From positions 11,284,001 to 11,348,000 of the forward strand of contig NC_086097.1 in NCBI RefSeq assembly GCF_963921235.1: a stretch of DNA of 64,000 bases, written 5' to 3'. Position 1 is the first letter of the stretch, and every line of letters starts with the position of its first letter. This DNA is from Mobula hypostoma (Eukaryota). A program made the translations under genes and the position numbers. This document shows positions 1 through 11,985 of this stretch, one piece after another. The notes beneath the pieces were generated by a model. That model made no database searches, was not told where the DNA came from, and saw nothing but the letters and a program-made list of their open reading frames with translations.

Positions 1-177
1 TTAGTGCACCATAGATACAACATGCAACATTTGCAAGATGCATACAAGATTTTACATGCAGTTCTCAGACAGTCCCTGTCAAATATGGAATCTCCAACAC
101 CAACATCAGCCTGAACATGAGAATGCCTCTGCATGTAAATCCCCTTTTAGTTCCCACAACTTATCAACTTGGAAATA

Positions 178-705
178 CATTCAATGGCCATTTTATTAGA
201 TACAGGAGAAGGACTCAGTGTGATCCCCTAATGCTGTAGCCCATCTTCTTCAAGGTTCAATGTGTTGTGCATTCAGAGATGCTCTTCTGCACACCACTAT
301 TGTAATGTGTGGTTATTTGAGTTACCATTGCCTTCCTGTCAGTTTGAACCAGTCTAGTCATTCTCCTCTAATCTCTCTCATTAGCAAGGCATTTTTGCCC
401 ACAGATCTGCCACTTACTGGATGTTTTTAGGTTTTCACATAATTTTCTGTAAACTTTAGAGACTGTTGTGCACAAAAATCTCAGGAGATCAGCAGTTTTT
501 GAGATACTCAAACCACCCATCTGGCACCAACATGGTCAAAGTCACTGAGATCATGTATCTTTCCCCCATTCTAATGTTTGGTTTAAACAAAAACTGGACC
601 TCTTAGTTATGTCTATTTTTTTTTGCATTCAGTTGCAGCTACATGAATGGCTGGTTAGATACTTGCATTAATAAGGTGTACAGGTGTAACTAGTAAAGTG
701 CCCAC
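178..705. mobile_element. Decayed non-autonomous Tc1-like element
   Basis: Starts after TA with cattcaatggccattttattagataca and ends with a degenerate inverted copy (tgtaactagtaaagtgcccac). Confidence 0.45.
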
Positions 706-1324
706 ATTAATTAGTATTCATTTCTGCTGAGTCTAAATCCCACCAAGCAGCAGCTTCTCTGCAATGGTTCATTGATGGAATTCAATGCCAACTTTTCAAG
801 AGCAATTTATGATTAGCTAATAAATGCTGACTCATCTAGCAATTCCCTTGACCAGCACATGAATCAACAAGTCTTAGAACCTTCACCTACACCAAGAGCA
901 TACTCAGAACATAAGAGCTCTGTAAAATAATTAGCAAGAAACAAAGTCTAGCTGATGCCACAATCTGAATGACTGACAGCTCTCATACCTGAGATATGCT
1001 TGTATGAAATACCATTCTCTTTGTCTAAGAAAGGGCTTAAAGCAAGGTAACTCTCGCTTGAAATTATGAGCAGAGCACTTTTAAACCGACATTTTACTAA
1101 TGCCACACAGTCAATATCTCTCAAAGGTGGTATAATCCTTAATTGAAAAATTAATGGTGTCGGGGCTGATAGTCTCACAAATAAACTGCAAACATACAAT
1201 TCATAATTATCATAATCAGTCAGGAGGCATGATGCCAATTGGATAGAGAGTTACATTATTCAAGGTGAGGATGTGCAATTTCTCACATCACCTCCAGAAA
1301 AGAATCTTATAAAGCACAAGAGTA

Positions 1325-1750
1325 GGTTGGCATAACTGGAGCAACACACACAAAATGCTGGAGGAACTCAGCAAGTCAGGCAGCATCTACGGAGAGGAAT
1401 AAACGGTTGACGTTTTGGACCAAGACCCTTCTTCAGGGCTGGAAAGGAAGGGGAAATAAGCCAGAATAAGAAGGTGGGGGGAGGGGATATAAACTGGCAA
1501 ATTATAGGTGAAACCAGGTGAGGGAGAAGGTGCATGTGTTGGGGAGGGGGGATGAAGTAAGAAGTCGGAAGGCGATAGGTGGAAAAGGCGAAGGGCTGAA
1601 GAAAAAGTAATCTGATAGGAGAAGACAATGGACCATGGAAGAAAGGGAAGGGGGTAGGGCACAAGAGATGGGCAGGCGAGGAGAAGAGAAGGGTGAGGGG
1701 AGAACCAGAATGGGGAGTGGAAAATGAGAGAAGGGAGAGGGGGGAGAAAT
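1325..1750 (-). mobile_element. Penelope-like element 3' region / pseudo-LTR with a degenerate hammerhead
   Basis: Same family as 37570-38063: purine-rich tract plus the gacgttttggaccaagacccttcttcagg motif. Confidence 0.75.
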
Positions 1751-1972
1751 CCAATCACACCCCCTGCTGATCAGAGGTTGTTCTATCGTGGTCTCACTAA
1801 CTCATTAGTCATCTGCAGGTTACTCTAGCAAAGCCCCTGAATGCTAAATTTTGCAACCTACATAAATTAAAATCTAAGTAATAGAACCAAATGCAAAGAT
1901 CAAGACCTAATGTTCATCTATAAAATGTTGTCATTTAAATTAGTTTGGCATAGGAATAAGTAGTATTTATTG

Positions 1973-2465
1973 CAGACATCCCAACCTGCAAAAACTCATT
2001 TCAGGGAGGTAGCACCATTTGCGAGAGACTCCTGGAACTTCCGGGAGAGGGGGGATGTCTGCAAAAGAGTAGCTCCTTGCTAGCCAGCTAGCTTAATTAA
2101 TGTTAGCTATACTAATGAACGAATGACACCTGTTAAACTCACCTCAACATGTCTTTTACAGTCTTAACCCACCATGGGCAATAGAAAAGTCACTGTTGCA
2201 AACAGTGCAGCGAGTAACACTGTCATTTTTTTGACCCTTATTCAGCAGGAGTACACTTTAGGGTAGTCTGGGGTGACATACGTTTTACATTTTCTTTTTT
2301 TGGAACACTCTGCCATGGTGCTCTCTCTCTCTCTCTCTCTCTCTCTCGCTCGCTCGCTCTAAAAAAAATTGGTTTCCGGGACATTGTATATAATTTGAGG
2401 GCATCAGGGAGCCACTATTAATATGCGGGAGACTCCCGGAACTTCCGGGAGAGGTGGGATGTCTG
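1973..2465. mobile_element. Non-autonomous DNA transposon (MITE), 11-bp TIR, 6-bp TSD
   Basis: TIR CAGACATCCCA / TGGGATGTCTG, flanked on both sides by TTATTG (1967-1972, 2466-2471). Contains an internal (CT)n. Confidence 0.8.
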
Positions 2466-3334
2466 TTATTGTGGGCTGATAAATCATAAAACTGCAGGAT
2501 TTAGATTACTCTGATTAATGTGGAGAGAATATGTCACACTTCACCTCACAAGCTCAGTTTTTCTTTTTTCCCTCTTTTTGTACTACTTATTTAATTTTAT
2601 ATGTAAATTTCACGACATATGCCAGTGATATTAAATCAGATTCTCATTCTGAAATGGGTCAGAGAAGGATTAGTGTAAAAATGAGTGTCTGATCGTTCAA
2701 AGTTGAAAGTTAATTTATTATCAAAGTACATACAGGTTACCATATACTACCTTGAGATTCATTTATACTACCTATTTTCTATGTTTCTATGTTTCTATTT
2801 TCTTGCAGGCATGTCCAGGAAAATAAAAAAAAACATAGAATTTATGAAAAACTATAAATAACAAAGACTGACAAATAACCAACGTACAAAAGCAGACAAA
2901 CTGTGTAAACGATAATAAATAAATAAATAATACTGCGTTATAGAGTCCCGAAAGTGAGTTAGTTCGGAACTGAGGTGAGTTAAGTTGTCCACACTGGTTC
3001 AGGGTGGTTATCTATGATGGTTGCAGTGTAATAACTGTTCCTGAACGCAGTTGGCGTGAACCCAATGGGATGAGGAACCTATTTCTATACTGTACCTCTC
3101 CATAACTCTATGCAACAAACAGAAACTTGGGCAAGTTGCTGGATTCTTCCAAAACACCTTCTCAAAAGTCAAAATCACTGCCAAGGTCATCGGAACCATC
3201 TCAGATGCTGAGACTTGGACTGTATCAGAAGCAATTCTCGTACCACCCTTCTCCTTTCCAGCTACAGCCTTCCCTACGTGGTATCCCATCAAAATACTGA
3301 AACAGTCTCCGTCTGCTTAGTTTTTGAACTTAAT

Positions 3335-3745
3335 GGGGTAAGGTAATTTACAAAGATGCTTGCAGGACTTGAGGACCTGAGTTGTTGGGCAAGTCTGAAT
3401 GGGTTTAGACTTTATTCCCGAGAGTGTAGGAGAATGAGAGGAGATTTGATAGAGGTATACAAAACTATGATGGGGTATGGATAGGGTAAATGCAAACAGG
3501 CTTTTTCCACTGAGGTTAGGTGAGTCTAGAACTAGAGTTCACGAGTTAAGGGTGAAAGGTGAACTGCATAAGTGGAACATGGGAGACTGGTGACAGTGTA
3601 CATGTGCTGCTAGTGGGAGTGGAGGATTTGGGTTCAATTTCAACATATAAGCGAAATTTAGATAGGTACATGGATAGGAGGGGTACTGAGGGCTATGGTC
3701 CAGTTGCAGGTTGCTGGGACAAGACAGATTAATAATTTGGTATGG
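3335..3745 (+). mobile_element. CR1 LINE 3' fragment (continues at ~4755-4815 after the Rex insertion)
   Basis: Encodes a decayed RRMRGDLIEVYK motif followed by CR1 3' UTR-like sequence. Confidence 0.75.
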
Positions 3746-3749
3746 ACTG

Positions 3750-4752
3750 GATCGTCCTCTTCGCTGCCGATCAACATTGGCGCACCTCAGGGGTGGTTGC
3801 TTAGCCCACTGCTCTACTCTCTGTACACACATGACTGTGTGGCTAGGCACAGCTCAGATACCATCTACAAATTTGCTAATGATACAACCATTGTTGCTGG
3901 AACCTCAGGTGGTGACGAGAGGGTATACAGGAGTGAGATATGTCAACTAGTGGAATGGTGCCACAGCAACAACCTGGCACTCAATGTCAGTAAGACGAAA
4001 GAGCTGATTGTGGATTTCAGGAAGGGTAAGGCAGAGGAGCACATACCAATCCTTATAGAGGGATCAGAAGTGGTGAGAGTGAACAGCTTCAAGTTCCTGG
4101 GTGTCAAGATCTCTGAGGATCTAACCTGGTCCCAACATATCGATGTAGTCATAAAGAAGGCAAGACAGCGGCTATACTTTATTAGGAGTTTGAAGTGATT
4201 TGGCATGTCAGCAAATACTCTCAAAAACTTCTATAGTTGTACCGTGGAGAGCATTCTGACAGGCTGCATCACTGTCTGGTATGGAGGGGCTACTGCACAG
4301 GACCGAAAGAAGCTGCAGAAGGTTGTAAATCTAGTCAGCTCCATCTTGGGCACTAGCCTACAAAGTACCCAGGGCATGTTCAGGGAGCGGTGTCTCAGAA
4401 AGGCAGCGTCTGTTATTAAGGACCTCCAGCACCCAGGGCATGCCCTTTTCTCACTGTTGCCATCAGGTGGGAGATACAGAAGCCTGAAGGCACACACTCA
4501 GCGATTCAGGAACAGCTCTGCCATCTGATTCCTAAATGGACTTTGAAGCTTTAGACACTAGCTCACCTTTTTAAATATACAGTATTTTTGTTTTTGCACA
4601 TCTTTTAATAATCTATTCAATATATATAATTGATTTACTTGTTTATTTATTATTATTATTTTTTCCTCTCTCTACTAGATTATGTATTGCATTGAATTAA
4701 CGTTAACAAATTTCACGTCACATGTCGGTGACAATAAACCTGATTCTGATTC
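3750..4752 (+). mobile_element. Rex1/Babar-clade LINE, 5'-truncated (RT C-terminal half and tail)
   Basis: ORFs 3695..4198 and 4205..4528: GAPQG.LLSPLLYSLYTHDC, YKFANDTT, LNVSKTKELIVDFR, ARQRLYF. Ends aataaacctgattctgat. Confidence 0.9.
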
Positions 4753-4982
4753 CGATTGGGTGAATGGGCTGTTTCTGTGCTGTACTATTCTATGACTCTC
4801 TGACTTTATGACTCTGTATTGGAAATCTGAATCAAAGACAGATCATTCTGGAGAAATTCAGGCAGGTCAGCCGAAGGGCTTGATTCTCTGCTGTAATGCT
4901 CTAAGGTACTTTCAGACTAATACCAGTCCTAGATATGCTTGAGCTCAAAATTACAGGAGGAAAACAGTTTACAAGATGTTAC

Positions 4983-5124
4983 CTTCACAAGTTATTGCTG
5001 TTGATGCCAATCCTAATCGTGTAACTGATCGATTAGCAATCAATCCTTCTTTAAGTCTGTGGACTCCTTCATTGCTGAGTGGATTCCGGCCAAGGTTCAG
5101 TGTTTCCAGGGATGTTAAATTAGG
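4983..5124 (-). CDS. PPP1R37: PPP1R37-family exon (142 bp): PNLTSLETLNLGRNPLSNEGVHRLKEGLIANRSVTRLGLASTAITCE(G)
   Basis: ctctgctag acceptor, G|gtaaca donor, phase 0/1, continuing the 44076 exon in frame. SLETLNLG.N...NEGV..LK.GLI.NRSV.RLGLAST motif. Confidence 0.93.
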
Positions 5125-5899
5125 CTAGCAGAGGAAACAATATAGAAAATGAAAAGTGTGTTATAACTTATGCCTGTTATGCCAAGGGCATTAGAGCTCA
5201 GTGGTTACATTACTGGTATCCAAAATCCTTGTCTATTCATCAAGAGATACAAGTTTGATTTTCACAAAAAAAAGCTGGGGAACTTGAATTCGAGTAATTT
5301 TAAAAATCTGGAATAAAATTGATTCTATCAGTCTTAGTAACTATGAAATTGCTAAGTTGCTGTAAAAACCCATTTTATTCACAAATGTCTTCCAGTGAAA
5401 GAAATCACTGTGCTCCTTTAGCCTGGCGACTGCCTGACTTCAGATCCACCAACATGGTTCACTCACAAATTTATCACTGAAATCAGCTGAGTGGGACAAT
5501 CAAAGAGAATAACTAAGCTGTGCGTGCACGGTTGATAAACGTTGCCCATGTCAGTAATAAGAAGAATGAGAGGAGATTTGATAGAGGTACTGTATACAGA
5601 GCTATTAGGGTAAACACAAGCTGTCTTTTCCATTGAAGTTGAGTGAGACTACAACTAGAGATCATGTGTTTAAGGTAAAAGAGGGAATGTTTAAGGGAAA
5701 CATGAGGGGGAACTTCTTTCCTCAGTGAGTGATATCAGAGATATCATTGCCAAGCTCAAATGGTTTCAATAAAACCAGTGATTTTCCAACATGCAATGGG
5801 CCAGATTTAGTATGGACTTGACTATGTCATCTGTTTGATGGATGATATCCTGTTTAGCAGCAGGTAGAGTAACAATGCATTAGGCAACCCAAGTCAGAT

Positions 5900-6680
5900 G
5901 TTGACAAGGAAGCGTATAGGAACATTAACCTTGCACTCACTGTTAGTAAGGCCAATGAACAGATAGTGAATTTTAGGAAAGCGAAGTCAAGAGAACACAC
6001 ACCAGTCCTAATCAAAGGATCAGTAGTGGAAAAGGTGAGCAGTTTCAAGATCCTGGGTGTCAACATCTCTGGATATCTAACCTGGGGCCAACATATTGAT
6101 GCAATTACAAAGAAGGCATGACAGCAACTATATTTTATCAGAAGTCTGAGGAGACTTGGTATGACATCAAAGACTTTCACAAATTTCTAGAGATGTATTG
6201 TGGAGAGCATTCTAACTGGTTGCATCACCATCTGACATGGAGAGGTCACTGTACAGTATCAGAAAACGGTGCCAAAAGCTACAAACTCAGCCAGATCCAT
6301 CATGGGCACTAGTCTCCTCAGCATCGAGGACACCTTCAAAAGATAATGCCTCAGAAAGGGGTATCCATTACTTATTTAAGGACCTTCATCATCCAGGACA
6401 TACTACCTTCTCACTGCTACCATCAAGGAGGAGGTACAGGAGCCTATAGACACACACTCAACACTTTAGGAACAGCTTCACCACCACCGCCATTAGATTT
6501 TTGAATGGACATTGAACCCATGTACACTACCTCAATTTCTTCCCTCCCTCTTTTTGTACTACTCATATAACTTATAGAAATATATTTCTTATTGAAATTT
6601 AGTTTTTATTATTACATATTGAAATATACTGCTGCCACTAAACAACATTTGCAGAGATATTAAACCTGATTCTGATGCTG
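5900..6680 (+). mobile_element. Rex1/Babar-clade LINE 3' fragment, decayed
   Basis: Homologous to 3960-4750 (FKILGVNIS..LTW.QHID) with the same aaacctgattctga tail. Confidence 0.85.
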
Positions 6681-6739
6681 AAATCCATATTTCAGTGATA
6701 CAGAATCAGAATGAAGCTAGCAAAATGTCAATTCCTGTA

Positions 6740-7215
6740 GAGATGGGTGGGATACCGAGGCTATTGAATTCATGTGCAAGGATTACATCCATCTGAGAGC
6801 AAAGCGAATGCTACTGTTAACACACGAGCTCTAAGCAACATGACAGAGCTTTGGTCCTCCTTGGCTTTGCTGAATTATTATGAATGTTTCCTTGCCAACC
6901 TGTCAACCTTGCTGCAGCCACTACACGAGTTATTACAGGAAGAGACCAGATGGAATTAGTCTCCACAGTGTGAAGCCGCATTTCAACAATGCAAGCACCG
7001 ATTTTTGAATCGCAAGTGGCTGGCACACTAGGATTCAGAGAAGCTTCTGAGAGGCTCTTGTGATGCACCCCTTAAGGAATCAGTGAATTCATCTTGCATG
7101 TATTACCTTCAGGTACAGATTACACAGTTCCTTTTACGTCCACATCCCCAATACCGTGAGGAGAATTTATACTCAAACCAAAAAAGAAGAACTGAGCATA
7201 ATCTTTGGGAGTCAA
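6740..7215 (+). mobile_element. Gypsy LTR-retrotransposon pol remnant (end of RT / RNase H)
   Basis: ORF 6774..6959 GLHP...LLNYY..FL.NLSTLLQPLHELL...WN, followed by decayed QCEAAF and CDA motifs. Confidence 0.7.
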
Positions 7216-7364
7216 GAAATTACCCAGTGGATTCACAGTGGTGGGTACTTAAACAGCCAGCTCACAATGATCAGCAGAAAGGAATTTATCCTAATTAGGA
7301 AGAGGGATTTATGAGAATGATAATCCGTCTGTGGTTAACAATGGAGATCAACATTAAGTGTAAG

Positions 7365-7725
7365 ATAATGAGGGGAGATTTGAGAGAGGTGGACAAAATT
7401 ATCAAGAGTATAGATAGGGTAAATGCAAGCAGGCTTTTTCCACTGAGAGTACAACAAGAGGTCATGGGTTAAGGGCAAATGATGAAATGTTTCAGGAGAA
7501 CATGAAGGGGAACTTCTTCACTCAGATGGTGGTGAGAGTGTGGAACGAGCTGCCAGCGCGTGTGGCAGATGCAGGTTCGATCTCAGCATTTAGGAGAGAT
7601 TTAGATAGCTGCGTGGATGGGAGGGGCATGGAGGACAATGGTCTGCGTGCAGGTCAATGGGACTATGCTGAATGATAGTTTGGAATGGACTAGATGGGTC
7701 GAAAGGCCTGTTTCTGTGCTGTATG
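7365..7725 (+). mobile_element. CR1 LINE 3' end
   Basis: ORF 7487..7675 NFFTQ.VVRVWNELP...F.R.LD. Confidence 0.8.
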
Positions 7726-7749
7726 AATATCACACTAATGTTAAATCAA

Positions 7750-9120
7750 AAACCGGAACATACAAATTGGCAAAGGATGTTGTTTGACCAGAGGACTGGG
7801 TATTTTTTTAGGAACTAGCTGTGAGAGATTGAAAAGTTATCGAGGAAGGAGAAAACTGATGAGGAGTAATATCAAAATGAGGAAATATAGAAGTATGAGG
7901 ATAGATGAGTAAGTGTAGGACCCCTGGAAGATAAGCCTAGGGAATTAATAACGGGAAAGAAGGAAATAGTTGACGTTGAACTAATTCTTTACTTCACTGT
8001 CAGGTTGTCAAGTATCCCAAAATAACAGATTAGTTTCAAACAGGACTTGAGGCAATCCAGATCATTGGGAATCAGGTTTTGCAAACACTGACAGGACAAC
8101 ACACAAAGAAATGATCACGACCTGATGGACTGCACCTAAGGGCTTCCATAGAAGGATCTATAGGGACAATGGATCCTTTGCCTGAAGTATTCATTGCATT
8201 CAGGGAAGATGCTGGCAGATTGGAAAATAGCAAATGTGGTCCCCTTGTTCACAAACAGAGGGAAGATGAGTGCAGGAAACTGTGGGCCACTAAACTTATT
8301 ATCTATTGTTGGCAAGACGCTGGAGTCAACAATCAAAGAAAAAATAGCTAATCAGTTAGAAAGCTTTACATAATCAAACAATATCAATATAGTTTTATGA
8401 ACGGTAAATCATATTTAACAAATTTGCTTGAGTTCCTTGCTAATTTTGTACTTCCAAAGCACCATTAAGAAGGCGACTAATGCAAACAGCACCAACACAT
8501 TCTCAATGATTCAGGAACAACTTCTTCAGCTCTGCCATCAGATTTCTGAATGGACATTAAAGCCATGAACATATATATATATGTGCGTGGGTGTGTGTGT
8601 GTGTGTGTGTGTGTATATACTTACTGTAAGTCATAGTTTTTTATTATTATGTATTGCATTGTACTGCTGCCACTGAATTTCACAACATATGTTGGTGATA
8701 TTAAACCTTATTCTGATTCCAATGAAACAAGAAGTAGCTTATTCAGTTGGCATTTGATGTGGTGCCACATAAAAGGCTAATGAACAAGGGAAGGGCCTCA
8801 TAATATTGAGGGATGTGTATTAGCATGGATTAAAGAGTGGTCATCATATGGAAGAAAGAGAGTTGGGATAAATAAGTCTTTTTCACGCTGGAAGTATGGT
8901 GTAGTGCTCCTGGGACTCAGAGAGACTAGTCCTCAGATACCCTTTATACTAGGAAAACAGGGCACCACAATTCCTATTGAAGCTTACCAATGACTTGAAA
9001 ATTACAAGGCATGAACATATGTGGAATAGCATATTGCAATGATGGTATCATAACTCTGCAAAAGGATAGAATCTGTTGGGAAAATGAATGAGAATGTGGC
9101 AAATGGTTTTTACTGCTGTT
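7750..9120 (+). mobile_element. Old, heavily decayed CR1 ORF2 fragment, interrupted by a Rex tail (~8490-8720)
   Basis: Remnants of W..ANV.PLF, GK.LE, S.LTNLLEF, AFD.VPH and G.VL.WI. Confidence 0.65.
8578..8618. repeat. (TA)n(GT)n microsatellite
   Basis: Directly visible. Confidence 0.9.
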
Positions 9121-9124
9121 AAGT

Positions 9125-9530
9125 GTCCTCCAAGAGGACTACAACTTTGTCATACGGTTTGCAGGCTTGTGTGCCTCAATGACTGAGCGAGCTATGTTGG
9201 CTGGAGTTAGGGCCTTGTGTTTTGGCTCTTGGTAGGGTTACCCATGCCAAACAGGTCAAAGGGTAGAGGACAGACTAGGAGCGGTTCACTGTTCCTCCAA
9301 GTTTGGGGGTTCAGTTTAGGACTAACAACCCTGAATGGTAAAACAAAATTGTTACAGAAACAGCAATGAAGATTCCTTCTACACCTTCTACATCTGTGTG
9401 CAATTCACTCTCCACCCGGGACTTGCATGATTGACAGTAGTGACAACCAAAAGGAGGCTACTGACATGATGAAGGAAGCCCTGAACACCACCAGAGATGA
9501 AGGACCTTCACTGCTGCCCTGAATGCCAGT
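9125..9530 (+). mobile_element. Short non-coding retroelement, probably RTE/Expander-related
   Basis: GC-richer block with ggtagggttacccatgccaaacaggtcaaagg, resembling RTE-clade 5' UTR sequence. Family assigned from recall only. Confidence 0.4.
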
Positions 9531-9554
9531 GGCCAGGGGTTCATCTTCAAATCT

Positions 9555-11330
9555 GGATAAGTATGCTGCAGTTGTTACTGACTTCATTAAAATCCGGGTG
9601 GATGAGTGTGTGCCAACGAAAACTTGTTGTACATTCCCCAAACCAAAAGCTCTGGATGAATCAGAAGGCTCACCATCTGCTGAGGGTCTAGATCTATGAA
9701 ACAAAGCACTACCAGATGTGCTCAACATCTTCTATGCCCCTTTTGAAAGGGAAAATATAACAACAGCTGTGAAGATCCCTGCTGCACCCAGTGACCCTGT
9801 GAGCTCTGTCTTGAAGACCGATGTTAGTTGTCTTTAAGGAGGGTGAACCCTCGCAAGCTGGCAGGCCTCAATGGAGTACGTTGTAAGGCTCTGAAAACTT
9901 GTGCCAACCAACTGACAAGAGTATTCAAGGCCATTTTCAGCCTCTCACTGCTACAGTCAGAAGCAACAATTATACCAGTGCCTAGGAAGAGTAATGTGAG
10001 CTACCTTAATAACTATCTCCCAGTAGCACTCCTATCTATGGTGATGAAACGCTTTGAGAGTTTGGTCAAGACTAGGCTGAATTCCTGCCTCAGCAAGGAC
10101 CTGGATCCACTGCAATCTGCCTGTCACCACAATAGGTCAACGGCGGACACAATCTCAATGGCCCTTCACACAGCCTTAGATCACCTGGACAATACAAACA
10201 CTTTCATCAGGATGCTATTCGTTGCCTACAGCTCAGAGTTTAACACCACAGTCCTGATCAATAAGCTACAGAACTTGGCCTTTGTATCTCCCTCTGCAAT
10301 TGGATCCTAGACTTCCTAACTGGAAGACCGCAGTCTGTGCGGATCGGTGATAATACCTCCTCCTCACTGACTATCGATGCTGGTGCACCTCAGGGATGTG
10401 TGCTGAGCCCACTGCTCTACTGTCTCTATACCCATGACTGTGTGACTAGGCATAGCTCAAATACCATCTATAAATTTGCTGATGATATAACCATTGTTGG
10501 TAGAATCCCGGATGGAGACAGGAGCAAGATAATCCAGCTAGTGGTGTCAGAGCAACAACCTTGCTCTCAACGCCAGTAAGGTGAAAGAGCTGATTGTGGA
10601 CTTCAGGGAGGGTAAAATGAGGGATCAGACGTGGAGAGAGTGAGCAATTTCAAGTTATTGGGTCTCAAGATCTCTGAGGATCTAATCTGGTCCCAACAAA
10701 TTGATGCAGCTATAAAGAAGGCAAGACAGCAACTATATTTCATTAGGAATTTGAAAAGATTTGGTTTGTCACCTAAAACACTTGAAAACTTCTATAGATG
10801 TACCATGAAGAGCATTCTGACAGGCTGCATCACTGTCTGGTATGGGGCGGAGGGGAATTAGCGACTGCAAAGGACCGAAAGAAGCTACAGAAAGTTGTAA
10901 AGTTAGTCAGCTCCATCTTGGGTACTAGCCTCTGTAGTATCCAAGACATCTTCAAAGAGAGGTGCCTCAGAAAGGTGACATCCACTATTTAGGACCCCCA
11001 TCACCCAGAGCATCCCTTCTTCTCACTGTTACCATCAGGAAGGAGATGCAGAAGCCTGAAGGCGCACACTCAGCGATTCAGGAACAGCTTCTTCCCCTCT
11101 GCCATCTGATTCCTAAAAGGACATTGAACCCATGAACACTACCTCACTTATTAAAAAATATATATTACTTTTGTTTTTGCACTATTTTTAATCTGTTTAA
11201 TATACATATATATTTGCTGTAATTGATTGATTGATTTTTCTTTCTATATGATCATGTATTGCATTGAACTGCTGCTGCTAACAAATTTCACGACACATTC
11301 CAGTGATAATAAACCTGATTCTGATTCTGA
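9555..11330 (+). mobile_element. Rex1/Babar-clade LINE with a frameshifted RT
   Basis: ORFs 9828..10310, 10337..10579 and 10631..10861 ([34 protein letters not shown]). Tail aataaacctgattctgattctga. Confidence 0.9.
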
Positions 11331-11349
11331 AAATGCACATGTTACTGAT

Positions 11350-11578
11350 GGCATGGTAGTGTAGCGGTTAGCACAGCACTATAACAGGTGCCAGTGACCC
11401 GGGTTCAAATCCTGTTGCTGTCTGTAAGGAATTTGTTCATTCTTCCCGTAACCATGTGGGTTTCCTCCCACATTGCAAATCCGTATGGGTTAATAGGTCA
11501 TATTGGTGTAATTAGGTGGTAGGGGGTTGATAAGTCAGAGGGGCCTGTAACTGTGTGGTATCTCTAAATAATAAATAA
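11350..11578 (+). mobile_element. tRNA-derived SINE (V-SINE/HE1-type)
   Basis: A-box tggtagtgtagcggtta, B-box gggttcaaatcc, central gtgggtttcctccca core, (taaa)n tail. Confidence 0.75.
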
Positions 11579-11599
11579 TAATACTAAAAATAACAAAGT

Positions 11600-11985
11600 T
11601 CAGAATCAGCTTTAATATCGTCGGCACATGTTGTGAAATTTGTTGACTTTGCGGTAGCAGTACATTGCAATAAATAATAATTGAGAAGAAAAGCCGAATT
11701 ACAGCAAGTATATATAAGTAGTTGAATGAAATAGGTATTGCAAAAGAAAAAGCAATAAAAAAGTCGTAGAGTTCATGGGTCCAATGTGCATTCAGAAATT
11801 GGATGGCAGAGGGGAAGAAGCTGTTTGCTGAATCATTGAGTGTGTGTCTTCAGGCTCCTGTACCTCCTTCCTGATGGTGCAATGAGAACAAGGCATGACC
11901 TGGGTGATGAGGGTCCTTAATGATAGACGCCAGCTTTCTGAGGCATCGCTCCTTGAAGGTGTCCAGGATACTACGGAGGCTTCCA
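11600..11985 (-). mobile_element. Rex1/Babar LINE 3' tail
   Basis: Reverse complement of the 10950-11330 tail region. Confidence 0.8.

Noticed and set aside
948..1238. 96-aa minus-strand ORF as the next PPP1R37 exon
   Set aside because: No LRR pattern and no match to the expected GAVA.AEF...LDLR.N segment. That exon appears to lie outside the window.
3008..3292. 94-aa minus-strand ORF
   Set aside because: No recognisable homology, its end runs into repeat sequence, and the phase-compatible frame hits a stop at once.
11350..11420. tRNA genes at SINE heads (also 17125, 43770, 53780)
   Set aside because: A/B boxes continue into SINE bodies and no complete cloverleaf forms.
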